Below are positions 40,839 to 49,819 of a DNA stretch of 64,000 bases, piece after piece (position 1 is the first letter of the stretch; every line of letters begins with the position of its first letter). The position numbers were made by a program, and so were the translations under genes. Source of the stretch: Candidatus Latescibacterota bacterium. GTDB taxonomy: Bacteria; Latescibacterota; UBA2968; GCA-2709665. The stretch spans positions 3,136,001 to 3,200,000 of the forward strand of contig OZ241917.1 of NCBI GenBank assembly GCA_965203805.1, given 5' to 3'. Under the pieces are notes generated by a model that worked only from the letters and a program-made list of their open reading frames with translations, had not been told where the DNA came from and did not search any database.

Positions 40839-40867
40839 AATCTAACGAATAGGAATTTGGATGTCAA
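40839..40867 (-). promoter_or_regulatory. Sigma70-type promoter for the TPR-exbB-exbD-exbD-tonB operon
   Basis: On the minus strand, TTGACA, 17 bp spacer, TAGATT, in an AT-rich intergenic region. Confidence 0.6.
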
Positions 40868-40989
40868 GGCAAAATCCATACGCATTTATTACGATTCTAT
40901 TACGAATACAACGCTCGGGACGGCAGGAAGATTGACCCGCGCCGACTCGATGGAGGCGCCGGAAGCACATTCCGTAAAACGCGCCCTCG

Positions 40990-41262
40990 GAAGCTGTCAT
41001 AATGCTCCCGGTGCGTTCCCGGGCGCCAGCGAAAACGCGGCGGTTATGAGGCGCGAGGGGCGCGCAGCGCCGACGGCCGGAACCGCCCGTATCCTGATGT
41101 ATCGAGGCTGCGCGCCCCTCGCCTCTCCAGGGTGGGTCCGGCCAACGACGACCGACCTGCCTGCAGTGCGGTACGCTGCGCGGGCAGGCGCTTTTGCAGC
41201 CGCCTGCCTTGCCTGCGGCAGCAGGCAGGCGCGAAGACCGCTGGAGGTTCTAAAACAGCTTC
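40990..41262. mobile_element. MITE-like non-coding element with terminal inverted repeats
   Basis: Ends GAAGCTGT... / ...ACAGCTTC; internal segment recurs at 52444-52519. Confidence 0.55.
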
Positions 41263-41272
41263 TTAATGCCGG

Positions 41273-41301
41273 TTGACACAATGTGGCGAATCCGGTATAT
41301 T
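41273..41301 (+). promoter_or_regulatory. Sigma70-type promoter upstream of the guaB leader
   Basis: TTGACA (41273-41278), 17 bp spacer, TATATT (41296-41301). Confidence 0.7.
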
Positions 41302-41358
41302 GGGACACTTTCCATCGGAAAGACGAACGACCCTCGCGGACGCACACAGGAGTTTCCG

Positions 41359-41454
41359 ATGCACAAGAGAATCTGGGCGCCGGTCCCTGCCGTTAAGGAC
41401 AGGTCTTCCCCGCGGCCGCTCACCTGCGCGCGGAGGAGGCGCCCGGCCTTGTAA
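41359..41454 (+). CDS. Putative uORF/leader peptide (31 aa) in the guaB 5' region
   Basis: AGGAG (41348-41352) before ATG 41359; stop lies 11 nt before a strong hairpin. Confidence 0.4.
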   Translation: MHKRIWAPVPAVKDRSSPRPLTCARRRRPAL

Positions 41455-41465
41455 CGGGCAGCCGT

Positions 41466-41499
41466 GCAAACCCCTTGACACGTGTGTCAAGGGGTTTGC
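41466..41499 (+). terminator. Perfect 16-bp inverted repeat in the guaB leader (possible attenuator or pause hairpin)
   Basis: GCAAACCCCTTGACAC-GT-GTGTCAAGGGGTTTGC; only a weak U tail follows. Confidence 0.55.
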
Positions 41500-41567
41500 T
41501 GTATCCGGAAACGTCAGGACGGCCGTGGCGTGAAGTCGCCGGCACAAACAAACCAGGGGAGATATCA

Positions 41568-43040
41568 ATGGACAGATCCACGGAAAAAATCGCCAAAGAG
41601 GGACTGACGTATGACGATGTGTTGCTGATTCCCGGTAAGTCCGAGGTATTGCCCGGCCAGGTGGAATTGACGACGCAGCTCACCCGCGGGATCAGGCTGA
41701 ATATCCCTCTCGTCAGTGCCGCCATGGATACCGTTACCGAAGCCCGGCTCGCAATTGCACTCGCCCAGGAGGGCGGTATCGGAATTGTCCACAGGAACCT
41801 GTCCATCGAAGAGCAGGCCGAAGAGGTGGCCAAAGTCAAGCGGTCGGAAAGCGGGATGATCGTCGATCCGCTGACGCTTTCGCCGGACCATTATATCCGG
41901 GAAGCGCTGGAGATGATGTCCAAGTACCGGATTTCCGGCGTGCCGATCGTCGACGGCGGCAAAAGGCTGGTCGGCATCCTGACCAACCGGGACCTCAGGT
42001 TCGAGAAAAACGTGCACCGGAAGGTGTCCGAGGTCATGACGCACAAGGGTCTCGTGACGGCCAGGTTGGGCATCTCTCTTGAGGAAGCACAGGAAATCCT
42101 CCAGGAACATCGAATCGAGAAGCTGCCGGTTGTCGACGACAACGGCGTACTGAAAGGCCTGATCACCGTTAAGGATATCGAGAAGAAAATCCAGTATCCG
42201 CGCGCCTGTAAAGACCATCTCGGAAGGCTCCGCGTGGGGGCCGCGGTTGGCGTGGGACAGGATCTGGAGGCCCGTGTCGGAATGCTGGTCGACCGGGACG
42301 TGGACGTGATTGTCGTGGATACGGCGCACGGACATTCGAGAGGCGTTCTCGAGGCCGTCGAACGCATCAGGAATGCCTTTCCGGATACCGAAGTGGTTGC
42401 CGGGAACATCGTAACGTCCGAAGCGGCCCGGGACCTCATACTGGCCGGCGCGAATGCCGTCAAGGTGGGGATGGGGCCGTCGGCGAGTTGCACCACGAGG
42501 GTGATCGCCGGCGCCGGCGTGCCCCAGGTGTCGGCGATCATGGACTGTGCCGAGGTTGCGGAGAAAGCAGGTGTCCCGGTGATCGCAGACGGCGGAATCA
42601 CCCAGTCGGGAGATATCACCAAGGCCCTCGCCGCCGGTGCGAATTCCGTGATGATCGGATTCCTGTTCGCGGGAACCGACGAGAGTCCCGGAGAGACCGT
42701 GATCTATCAGGGACGGACGTTCAAGGTGTATCGGGGCATGGGTTCGCTGGGCGCGATGCAGCGTGGAAGCAGGGACCGGTATTTCCAGGGAGGCGTCGAT
42801 GCCAGCAAGCTGGTGCCCGAGGGAATCGAGGGTCAGGTCCCATACAAGGGATCGATTTCGGGTTTCATCTATCAACTCATCGGCGGATTGAGAGCGGGCA
42901 TGGGGTACTGCGGGACGAGAAACGTCGCGGAACTCCGGAGAAACGGTCGATTCGTGAAGGTGTCGTCGGCCGGCGTCCGTGAGAGCCACGCGCACGACGT
43001 GTCGGTAACGAAAGAGGCGCCGAACTACCGGCTGGAGTAG
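41568..43040 (+). CDS. guaB: IMP dehydrogenase with CBS pair
   Basis: [44 protein letters not shown] and LVPEGIEG. Confidence 0.93.
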   Translation: MDRSTEKIAKEGLTYDDVLLIPGKSEVLPGQVELTTQLTRGIRLNIPLVSAAMDTVTEARLAIALAQEGGIGIVHRNLSIEEQAEEVAKVKRSESGMIVDPLTLSPDHYIREALEMMSKYRISGVPIVDGGKRLVGILTNRDLRFEKNVHRKVSEVMTHKGLVTARLGISLEEAQEILQEHRIEKLPVVDDNGVLKGLITVKDIEKKIQYPRACKDHLGRLRVGAAVGVGQDLEARVGMLVDRDVDVIVVDTAHGHSRGVLEAVERIRNAFPDTEVVAGNIVTSEAARDLILAGANAVKVGMGPSASCTTRVIAGAGVPQVSAIMDCAEVAEKAGVPVIADGGITQSGDITKALAAGANSVMIGFLFAGTDESPGETVIYQGRTFKVYRGMGSLGAMQRGSRDRYFQGGVDASKLVPEGIEGQVPYKGSISGFIYQLIGGLRAGMGYCGTRNVAELRRNGRFVKVSSAGVRESHAHDVSVTKEAPNYRLE

Positions 43041-43124
43041 AACCCCGGCCATCGGACCGAACGCGGCAGATGGTACGTTACATCTGCCGTTTCACATGGC
43101 TGGCGGGAGGCCCGGGAGGCGAAC

Positions 43125-44252
43125 GTGCACATCGATATCGAGGACATCCGGTCCCGGTTTCCGGTGACGCGAAACTGGATCTACATGAACCACGCCGGAA
43201 TCGCGCCGATTTCCGAGTGCGTCTACCGGGCAATGGACGACATGCTTTGCGACCAGACCCGAAACGGCATGGCGAACCTGTCCAAATGGGACGAGGTCTG
43301 TTCCAGGACACGCGAATCGGCAGCCCGCCTGATTGGCGCAACCGCATCGGAGATCGCCTTCGTCAAGAATACGTCTGAAGGTATCCTGACGGTTGCCAAC
43401 GGGTTGACATGGCGGAAGGGCGACAACGTTGTGATCCCCGATCGCGGGTTTCCGGCCAATGTCTACCCGTGGGTGAATCTGCATTCATCGGGCGTCGAAG
43501 TCAGACGCATACCCGAGGTTGACGGCCGCATCCCGCTGCGCGACTTGCTGAATGCCGTGGACGACCGGACCCGCGTCCTATCGGTGAGTTCGGTGGAGTT
43601 CGCGAGCGGATTCCGGCACGACCTCCGGAAGATCGGCCGATTCTGCAGGGAGCGGGGCGTTCTTTTTTTCGTGGACGTGATTCAGAGTCTCGGGGTGCTT
43701 TCCCTGGACGTGGAAGACGCTGGAGTCGATTTCCTTTCGGCCGACGCCCACAAGTGGCTTCTGGGCCCGGAGGGTGTCGGCGTCTTCTATTGCGCTCACC
43801 GCGCGAGGCCGCACCTGCGGGTGGCGAATCTGGGCTGGGCGAACGTCGTGGATCCGAGAGACTTCCTGTCGTACGATACCACGCTGCTGCCCGATGCCCG
43901 GCGATTCGAATGCGGCACACTGAATACGGTGGGTATCCATGGGCTCAGCGCCTGTCTCGAACTCCTTCATCGCGTTGGCATCGAACGGATCGAAGCGAGA
44001 GTGCTTTCGCTGACCGATCGGCTCTGTGCCGGCCTCGAGGAGAAAGGCTGCGACGTGCTCAGTTCGAGGGCTCCAGGCGAAAAGTCGGGCATCGTCGTTT
44101 TTCATCACGCCGCGGTTCGCACGGAAGCGATTTATCAGAAGCTCTGCGAGGCGAGGGTCGTATGCGCGATCCGTGGGGGTCGCATCCGGCTGTCGCCGCA
44201 TTTTTACAATACCGAAGAGGAAGTCGATCGCGTGCTGGGAGCGATTCCGTGA
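43125..44252 (+). CDS. PLP-dependent aminotransferase class V (cysteine desulfurase-like fold)
   Basis: YMNHAG, VD.IQSLG, AHKWLLGP.G.G and RLSPHFYN. Confidence 0.85.
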   Translation: MHIDIEDIRSRFPVTRNWIYMNHAGIAPISECVYRAMDDMLCDQTRNGMANLSKWDEVCSRTRESAARLIGATASEIAFVKNTSEGILTVANGLTWRKGDNVVIPDRGFPANVYPWVNLHSSGVEVRRIPEVDGRIPLRDLLNAVDDRTRVLSVSSVEFASGFRHDLRKIGRFCRERGVLFFVDVIQSLGVLSLDVEDAGVDFLSADAHKWLLGPEGVGVFYCAHRARPHLRVANLGWANVVDPRDFLSYDTTLLPDARRFECGTLNTVGIHGLSACLELLHRVGIERIEARVLSLTDRLCAGLEEKGCDVLSSRAPGEKSGIVVFHHAAVRTEAIYQKLCEARVVCAIRGGRIRLSPHFYNTEEEVDRVLGAIP

Positions 44253-44263
44253 AGAGGGTAAAG

Positions 44264-44562
44264 CAGCTTTCAGCCATTAGCTCTCAGCACTCAGCTTAAA
44301 CCCGTTTACGATACGGCATCGCATTATGAGTCAGGGATAACTGCGACGGGAGGTGGGAAACCCCAGGAGTTTGGGAGACGATAGAGAGAAACGGTTAGAC
44401 TGGCAAGAAGAGACAAATGGTCGGGAGATGTGAGAAAGTAGACGGGAGAAGGCCACACGACCTGGCACCGGCATTGCGGTGTTGTGTTTGCAAGGTTTGT
44501 GGTGTTTGGTCTTCGGTCTTTGTTTCAAGCTGATTGCCGACGGCTGACTGCTGATTGCTGCT
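44264..44562. repeat. Intergenic block of degenerate heptamer repeats with complementary outer arms
   Basis: (CAGCnnT)n at about 44264-44295 versus (GCTGAnT)n at about 44529-44560; inner GGGAGA-type units. Confidence 0.65.
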
Positions 44563-44585
44563 CTTCCTGGTGATAGGGGAGACTG

Positions 44586-45011
44586 GTGAGTATGATTGGA
44601 AATGTCGCCGAAGGGGTCGAGGATGTTCTGGACGCATTGGAACACGCCGTGATCGACGGGGATTCCGATGCGTTGGGAATGATCCTGGCCGAAGACGTCA
44701 GCGCATTTTTTTCGGGCGGCGACACACCGGTCCGGGGACGACAGGCCGTCCTTGCGACCTGGATACGACACTTCAGGCGATGGTCCGACGTGCGAGTCCT
44801 GCGACGAGAAACGATGATTGAGTCCCGTGGTAACGTGGCGTGGGGGCACTTTCTGTGGGATGGCGAAGGCAGGATGGGCACGCAACGCTACAGGCTGGAA
44901 GGCGAGCGGTGGACCGTGGTTCTGCGATTCGAGGACGGTTGCTGGCGGTTTGTACAGATGCATTCATCCATGGCTTACGGAAACTGGGAAGCGCACCGGG
45001 TCGACGGATGA
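44586..45011 (+). CDS. SnoaL/NTF2-like domain protein
   Basis: GD.DAL...LAED, VRGR.AV, G.VAW and RWTVVL...DG.WRFVQMH.S. Confidence 0.75.
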   Translation: MSMIGNVAEGVEDVLDALEHAVIDGDSDALGMILAEDVSAFFSGGDTPVRGRQAVLATWIRHFRRWSDVRVLRRETMIESRGNVAWGHFLWDGEGRMGTQRYRLEGERWTVVLRFEDGCWRFVQMHSSMAYGNWEAHRVDG

Positions 45012-45016
45012 AAAAG

Positions 45017-45064
45017 CAGTGGATAGTGGTCAGTGGTCAGTGGTCAGTGGTCAGTGGATAGTGG
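45017..45064. repeat. Heptamer tandem repeat (CAGTGGT-like) x7
   Basis: cagtgga tagtggt cagtggt cagtggt cagtggt cagtgga tagtgg. Confidence 0.9.
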
Positions 45065-45194
45065 AGACCTCGCCTCACCGCCCGGACCTATCCCCCCTGC
45101 CTGAAGGAAAGGTGGAGGCATCGTCAGCCCGGCGGCTTCCTCAGGATGTCAGCTACGGCGAGACGACGGAAACCGACTGTGAAAGAGGGTCGCG

Positions 45195-46319
45195 GTGGAG
45201 GAATTGCCGGAGACGATTCTGCAATTTGGCGGAGGCAGCTTTCTCCGGGCGTTCGCCGATGTATTCGTACATGAAGCGAACGCCGGCGGTGAGGCCGTGG
45301 GGCGGGTTGTGGTGGTTCAGTCCACCGGGGGCGACCGCGCGGCGCTGCTGAATGCGCAGGGCGGTCGCTATCACGTGGTTGTGAGGGGGTTGGCGGACGG
45401 CGTTGAAATCGACAACACCCTCGCGGTTCGGAGTATCAGCAGGGCGCTGCCGGCGAAATCCGAATGGGCCCGGGTGATCGAGGTCGCCCGGGCGCCGGCT
45501 CTGCGCATGGTGATCTCCAATACGACGGAAGCGGGGTATGCGCTCGTCGACAACGACCGACCCGGATTGCCCCGGTCGTTCCCCGCCCGGCTGCTCTGCG
45601 TTCTTCAGGCGCGGTACAGAGCCGGTCTGCCGGGGCTGGCGGTGCTGCCCTGCGAACTGGTGGCGCCGAACGGCGAGTTGCTTCGGGACCTGGTGCTCTC
45701 CCAGGCCGACGCCTGGCGTCTGGATACAGGGCTCAGGGACTGGATCCGGCGGGACGTGCGATGGGTGAACACGCTGGTGGATCGAATCGTCAGCGGCAGG
45801 CCGGCGTCCCACCCGCTCCTGGAATCAGACGGGTTGCTGACGGCAGCGGAGCCGTTTGCGCTATGGGTGGTCGAGGCGCAACCTGGCGATCTCTTCCCGC
45901 ATCCCTGCATCCGGTTCGTCCGCGACGTGCGACCGTATGCATTGCGGAAGGTGCGCATCCTGAACGGCGCGCATACGGCGCTGGTGTGCAGGGCGCTGCC
46001 GGAGGGGTTGCGGACGGTCCGGGAGGCGGTCGGGAATCCGGTGGTCGGACGGTGGCTGAGGCGCCTGGTTTTCGAGGAAATCGTACCCACGCTTCAGGAT
46101 GCCGTGGAAGATGCGGGGGGATTTGCCGAACAGGTGATGGAGCGATTCGCCAATCCCTTCCTGGACCACCGGCTCGAGGATATCGCGCTGCATCACGAAG
46201 AGAAGGTACGCGTCCGCCTGACGCCGACCTATCAGGCTTTTCTGAAGGCATTCGGGCGGCCGCCGGAGTTGCTGGGGAACATAATCGCCCCCTACCTGGA
46301 GGAGAGTAAAGATGGATAA
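45195..46319 (+). CDS. Altronate/tagaturonate oxidoreductase-like (mannitol dehydrogenase family)
   Basis: ILQFGGG.FLRAF.D, ISNTTEAG, PCEL...NG, NTLVDRIV, KVRILNGAHT and RFANPF..H. Confidence 0.85.
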   Translation: MEELPETILQFGGGSFLRAFADVFVHEANAGGEAVGRVVVVQSTGGDRAALLNAQGGRYHVVVRGLADGVEIDNTLAVRSISRALPAKSEWARVIEVARAPALRMVISNTTEAGYALVDNDRPGLPRSFPARLLCVLQARYRAGLPGLAVLPCELVAPNGELLRDLVLSQADAWRLDTGLRDWIRRDVRWVNTLVDRIVSGRPASHPLLESDGLLTAAEPFALWVVEAQPGDLFPHPCIRFVRDVRPYALRKVRILNGAHTALVCRALPEGLRTVREAVGNPVVGRWLRRLVFEEIVPTLQDAVEDAGGFAEQVMERFANPFLDHRLEDIALHHEEKVRVRLTPTYQAFLKAFGRPPELLGNIIAPYLEESKDG

Positions 46320-47541
46320 GGCGGCACTCCTGGGCGGAACCCCCGTCCGATCCGAACCGTTTCCGTCCTGGCCGCAGTCGGACGGGCGCGAACTGGATCA
46401 TTTGCGCGAGGTCCTGGAAACCAGCCTCTGGGGAGGCACGATCCATGGTCCGAGGGTAACGGCGTTCTGCGATGCTTTCGCGGAATATTCGGATGCGCGG
46501 CACGGCGTGGGGATGGGCAGCTGTACAGCGGGGCTGGAGCTGTCCCTCCGGGCATTCGGCGTCGGACCGGGGGACGAAGTCATCGTCCCGGCGTACACGT
46601 TCATCGCAACGGCGCTGGCGCCGCTGGCAGCGGGCGCCGACGTCGTCTTCGTGGATATCGATCCCCGGACGTTCTGTGCAACGCCGGAGACGATCGAGAG
46701 CGCGATTTCCTCCCGCACGAAAGCGGTGATTCCCGTGCATTTCGCCGGTCACGCCGCGGACGTGGAAGGCATTCGGTCATTGGCGGACAGGTATGGGCTG
46801 AAAGTCGTATGGGACGCGGCGCATGCCCACACATCCGGATGGCGGGGCAGGATGCTTGGCGGTTTGGGCGACGTGGCGGTTTACAGTTTCAATCACGCCA
46901 AGAACCTGACGTGCGGCGAGGGCGGGATTGTGACCACCGACGACGAAGCGCTCGCGGACTTCCTGAAATTTACGCTTTCGACGTTTGGAAGGAAGAAAGG
47001 CCGGCCCTGGTACGAACATCACCATCTGGGATTTTCCGATCCGCTGACCGAGTTTCAGGGCGCGATTCTGCAGGCGCAGTTCGAGCGTCTGGAGGAGCAG
47101 AACCTCAAGCGCGAGGAGAATGCCAGGCTGCTGATACGAGGCCTGACGGAGATTGACGGCATCGATCCGCCAACCCTCTCTCCGGACGTCACCCGCCACG
47201 GCTGGCACGTGTTTGTGATGAGATATGACGCGGAAGCCTTTGGGGGGCTGCCGAAGGAGACCTTTCGCAGCGCGCTCGAAGCGGAAGGCATCCCGAACGG
47301 CGGGTATACGTATCCGCTATACGACAATCCCATGTTCGACACTCAAACGGGCGAGGTTGCCGGCGCACAGGGCAGGTGCCGCGTGATGCCCTGTCCGGTA
47401 AGCGAATGGGCGTGCCGGGACGGCGTATTCAATATCGCGCAATCGGTGTTGCTGGATGAGCCCGACGGCATGGACGATATCGTGGCCGCCATCGAAAAGG
47501 TGAAAGCCAATGCCGGCGCGCTTCTGGACTGGAAGGAGTGA
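46312..47541 (+). CDS. DegT/DnrJ/EryC1/StrS PLP aminotransferase
   Basis: GDEVIVPAYTFIATA, PVHFAG, DAAHAH and SF...KNLTCGEGG. Confidence 0.9.
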   Translation: MDKAALLGGTPVRSEPFPSWPQSDGRELDHLREVLETSLWGGTIHGPRVTAFCDAFAEYSDARHGVGMGSCTAGLELSLRAFGVGPGDEVIVPAYTFIATALAPLAAGADVVFVDIDPRTFCATPETIESAISSRTKAVIPVHFAGHAADVEGIRSLADRYGLKVVWDAAHAHTSGWRGRMLGGLGDVAVYSFNHAKNLTCGEGGIVTTDDEALADFLKFTLSTFGRKKGRPWYEHHHLGFSDPLTEFQGAILQAQFERLEEQNLKREENARLLIRGLTEIDGIDPPTLSPDVTRHGWHVFVMRYDAEAFGGLPKETFRSALEAEGIPNGGYTYPLYDNPMFDTQTGEVAGAQGRCRVMPCPVSEWACRDGVFNIAQSVLLDEPDGMDDIVAAIEKVKANAGALLDWKE

Positions 47542-47544
47542 ACG

Positions 47545-48360
47545 ATGGCGGAGAAGGTTGCTCTGACGCTGTCCCAGCGATTTCATTTCGACACGTACGG
47601 ATACGTCCTGCTGGAAGACGCGTTGACGGAGAACGAGGTGGAACGGATGAAAGCGGCTCTGTACCGCCTGAAAGCCAACCCGGCGGCCGCGCCGCAAGTG
47701 TACGCTCGACCGAGGGGCGACCATCACGTGCTGTTTGGAAATCTCGTGGAGTTCGACCCCGCCCTGTTGGCATACGCGTCCCATCCCGGGCTGATTCCCC
47801 TGGTGGAAGAGGTGGTGGGCGGGGCCGTGCGGCTGGAGGAGACAGAGGCGATCATCAACCGGCGGGATCCGAACGCGGATCCGGACCAGCTCCGGAAACG
47901 CCGGACCAACCCCACCGGTTTCCACAGGGGAACGACGGCGACCTGGGGCTGCTATACGGAGCAGGACCGGCATCACTGTGTCTTTGTGAAGACGCTCGCA
48001 TACCTGACGGACGTGGGGCCGGATGACGGCGGCACCTGCCTGATTCCCGGCGGCCACCGGCTGACGTGGCCCCGCGAGGAAATGGTCCGGGCGGCCATGG
48101 ACGACGAGCGGCTGATCCATCAGGTCGAGGCCAGGGCCGGATCGGTACTCCTGTTCGGGGAGTCGTTGATTCACAGCACCACCGCGATTCGGAGCGATAG
48201 GGAACGGGTGATTCTGGTTGCCGGATACACGCCGCCGATGCTGCGGGAGTGGATGGGCAACGAAGTGAGTCCCGATTTCGTCGCGAGCCTGCCCGAATCC
48301 ATACGCCCGTTGATTTCGGGCAGCGACAGCTGGAACTGGCGGCGGAATTACAAACACTGA
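47545..48360 (+). CDS. PhyH-family Fe(II)/2-oxoglutarate oxygenase
   Basis: F...GY..L..AL, YLTDV....GG...IPG.H, AGSVLLF...LIH and distal Arg. Confidence 0.8.
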   Translation: MAEKVALTLSQRFHFDTYGYVLLEDALTENEVERMKAALYRLKANPAAAPQVYARPRGDHHVLFGNLVEFDPALLAYASHPGLIPLVEEVVGGAVRLEETEAIINRRDPNADPDQLRKRRTNPTGFHRGTTATWGCYTEQDRHHCVFVKTLAYLTDVGPDDGGTCLIPGGHRLTWPREEMVRAAMDDERLIHQVEARAGSVLLFGESLIHSTTAIRSDRERVILVAGYTPPMLREWMGNEVSPDFVASLPESIRPLISGSDSWNWRRNYKH

Positions 48361-48387
48361 CATCGATTTTTGCGAGGAGTTCTCACC

Positions 48388-49131
48388 ATGGCGGACGAGC
48401 GCGTATTTGTAGGGGATTTGACCCGGACGGAATTTCGACGGCGGATGGAATCGGGGACGATTGAAGCGGCGATCGTCCCGACCGGCGCCACCGAGCAGCA
48501 CAACGAACACCTGGAAATGATCCACGACGCGTTTCATGTGACCCACGTCGCGGAACAGGCCGCCAGGCGGCTACATCCCCGGGTTGTGGTGGCGTCACCC
48601 GTAAGCATTGGCGTGTCGGAGCAGTGGATGGCGCATATCGGGACGCTGACGGTTCGGCCCGAAATCTTCTGCGAGTACGTTTACGACGTGTGCGATTCGC
48701 TCCGGCGGGCGGGTATCGGGAATATTCTGATTCTGAACGGCCACGGGGGCAACGTGAAACCGATCATGCGCCGCATAGACGAGTACCGGGAGCGGTTGGG
48801 CGTGAATCTCCGGTTTCAGTCGTACTGGGACGTGTACGATCCCGCGCTGGTCTTTTCGACCATGGAGGCCGGACGCCTTCCCGGACACGCCTGTGAATAC
48901 GAAACGTCGACGATGTTGGCGCTGGCGCCTGAGCGGGTGCACGCGGCGGAGATGGTCAATGAGGCCGCGAGGCTGGCAACGAAGGAAAAAGGAGAACGGC
49001 TGCTCGGTCCGGCGATTGAGGGTGTTGCGGACGTGCTGCGCAGCATGATTGCAGGAGAGGCGGTGAACAGGCCTCCGGTCACGTACGTGGACGGGCAACG
49101 CATTCACATGGTAACCGGCGACCCGGCCTAG
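48388..49131 (+). CDS. Creatininase-family amidohydrolase
   Basis: P.GATEQH..HL, LNGHGGN and GHACEYETS; GAGGAG RBS. Confidence 0.85.
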   Translation: MADERVFVGDLTRTEFRRRMESGTIEAAIVPTGATEQHNEHLEMIHDAFHVTHVAEQAARRLHPRVVVASPVSIGVSEQWMAHIGTLTVRPEIFCEYVYDVCDSLRRAGIGNILILNGHGGNVKPIMRRIDEYRERLGVNLRFQSYWDVYDPALVFSTMEAGRLPGHACEYETSTMLALAPERVHAAEMVNEAARLATKEKGERLLGPAIEGVADVLRSMIAGEAVNRPPVTYVDGQRIHMVTGDPA

Positions 49132-49143
49132 GTTTTGTCGCGG

Positions 49144-49165
49144 AAAAATTGGAGCCGCCCGGGGG
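49144..49165 (-). repeat. 22-bp direct repeat of the tRNA-Thr 3' end (att-like site)
   Basis: AAAAATTGGAGCCGCCCGGGGG is identical at 49144-49165 and 49458-49479. Confidence 0.85.
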
Positions 49166-49167
49166 AC

Positions 49168-49407
49168 TCAAGGTTTATTCAACGTCAAAATGATAGTGAC
49201 AGCCGTTCCGATATTGGCAATGAGAACCGTTGTCAGCAGGCCGACAAGCCATTTGAAGTTGCTGTTGATTCGATTTTCGATGTTCGTAAAACCGCCGTCC
49301 ATGCGGTTGTCCATGTTGTTCAATCGGTTGTCGATACTATTCAGTCGGTGGCTGATCTGTTCAACAATCGCTTCCATGGCGGCGACGAGGCTTTCAATAG
49401 AGGGCAT
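49168..49407 (-). CDS. Small coiled-coil protein with C-terminal TM anchor
   Basis: Heptads (RLNSIDN RLNNMDN RMDGGFT) then a hydrophobic tail; sits between the two att-like repeats. Confidence 0.65.
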   Translation of the reverse strand: MPSIESLVAAMEAIVEQISHRLNSIDNRLNNMDNRMDGGFTNIENRINSNFKWLVGLLTTVLIANIGTAVTIILTLNKP

Positions 49408-49463
49408 GTACTATGTGTTCTTTGTGCCGGCGATGGGCGGCCAGTGTATGACCATCCAAAAAT

Positions 49464-49538
49464 TGGAGCCGCCCGGGGGGTTCGAACCCCCGACCTACGG
49501 ATTACAAATCCGTTGCTCTACCACTGAGCTAGGGCGGC
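49464..49538 (-). tRNA. tRNA-Thr (anticodon UGU)
   Basis: Cloverleaf: acceptor GCCGCCC/GGGCGGC, D-arm GCTCAGTGGTAGAGC, anticodon arm ACGGA-TTTGTAA-TCCGT, GGTTCGAAC T-loop, encoded CCA. Confidence 0.95.
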
Positions 49539-49725
49539 TTGAATTCACGTACTGCCAAGTAAATAACATTAGAAACTACAAAACACGCGAAAAAAACGAA
49601 AATCCGAGACTGAAATCAACTGCCACTCGAGACCAAAACCACAGTGTTGCATTTCAGCCTCATAAGATCCGGATGTCGCCTATTTGCCGCTACCGGGTAT
49701 AAATGGAAGCCGACGCCTGCTCTTT

Positions 49726-49759
49726 CTGACCACTGTCCACTGTTCACTATTCACTGCTT
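49726..49759. repeat. Heptamer repeat, inverted relative of the 45017-45064 array
   Basis: Reverse complement AAGCAGTGAATAGTGAACAGTGGACAGTGGTCAG closely matches 45014-45047. Confidence 0.7.
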
Positions 49760-49819
49760 CCGGCAATTTTGAAATGAACGCCAGGGCGGTGATACGGCCC
49801 GGATGGCGTTCGCGGTCCA

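Noticed and set aside
41300-41567. Canonical purine or ZTP riboswitch before guaB
   Set aside because: I could not recognise their conserved core sequences; kept only as an unclassified leader
49464-49538. Reading the tRNA as Tyr (GTA), which would fit the aromatic theme
   Set aside because: The 5-bp stem and 7-nt loop centre the anticodon on TGT, and there is no long variable arm
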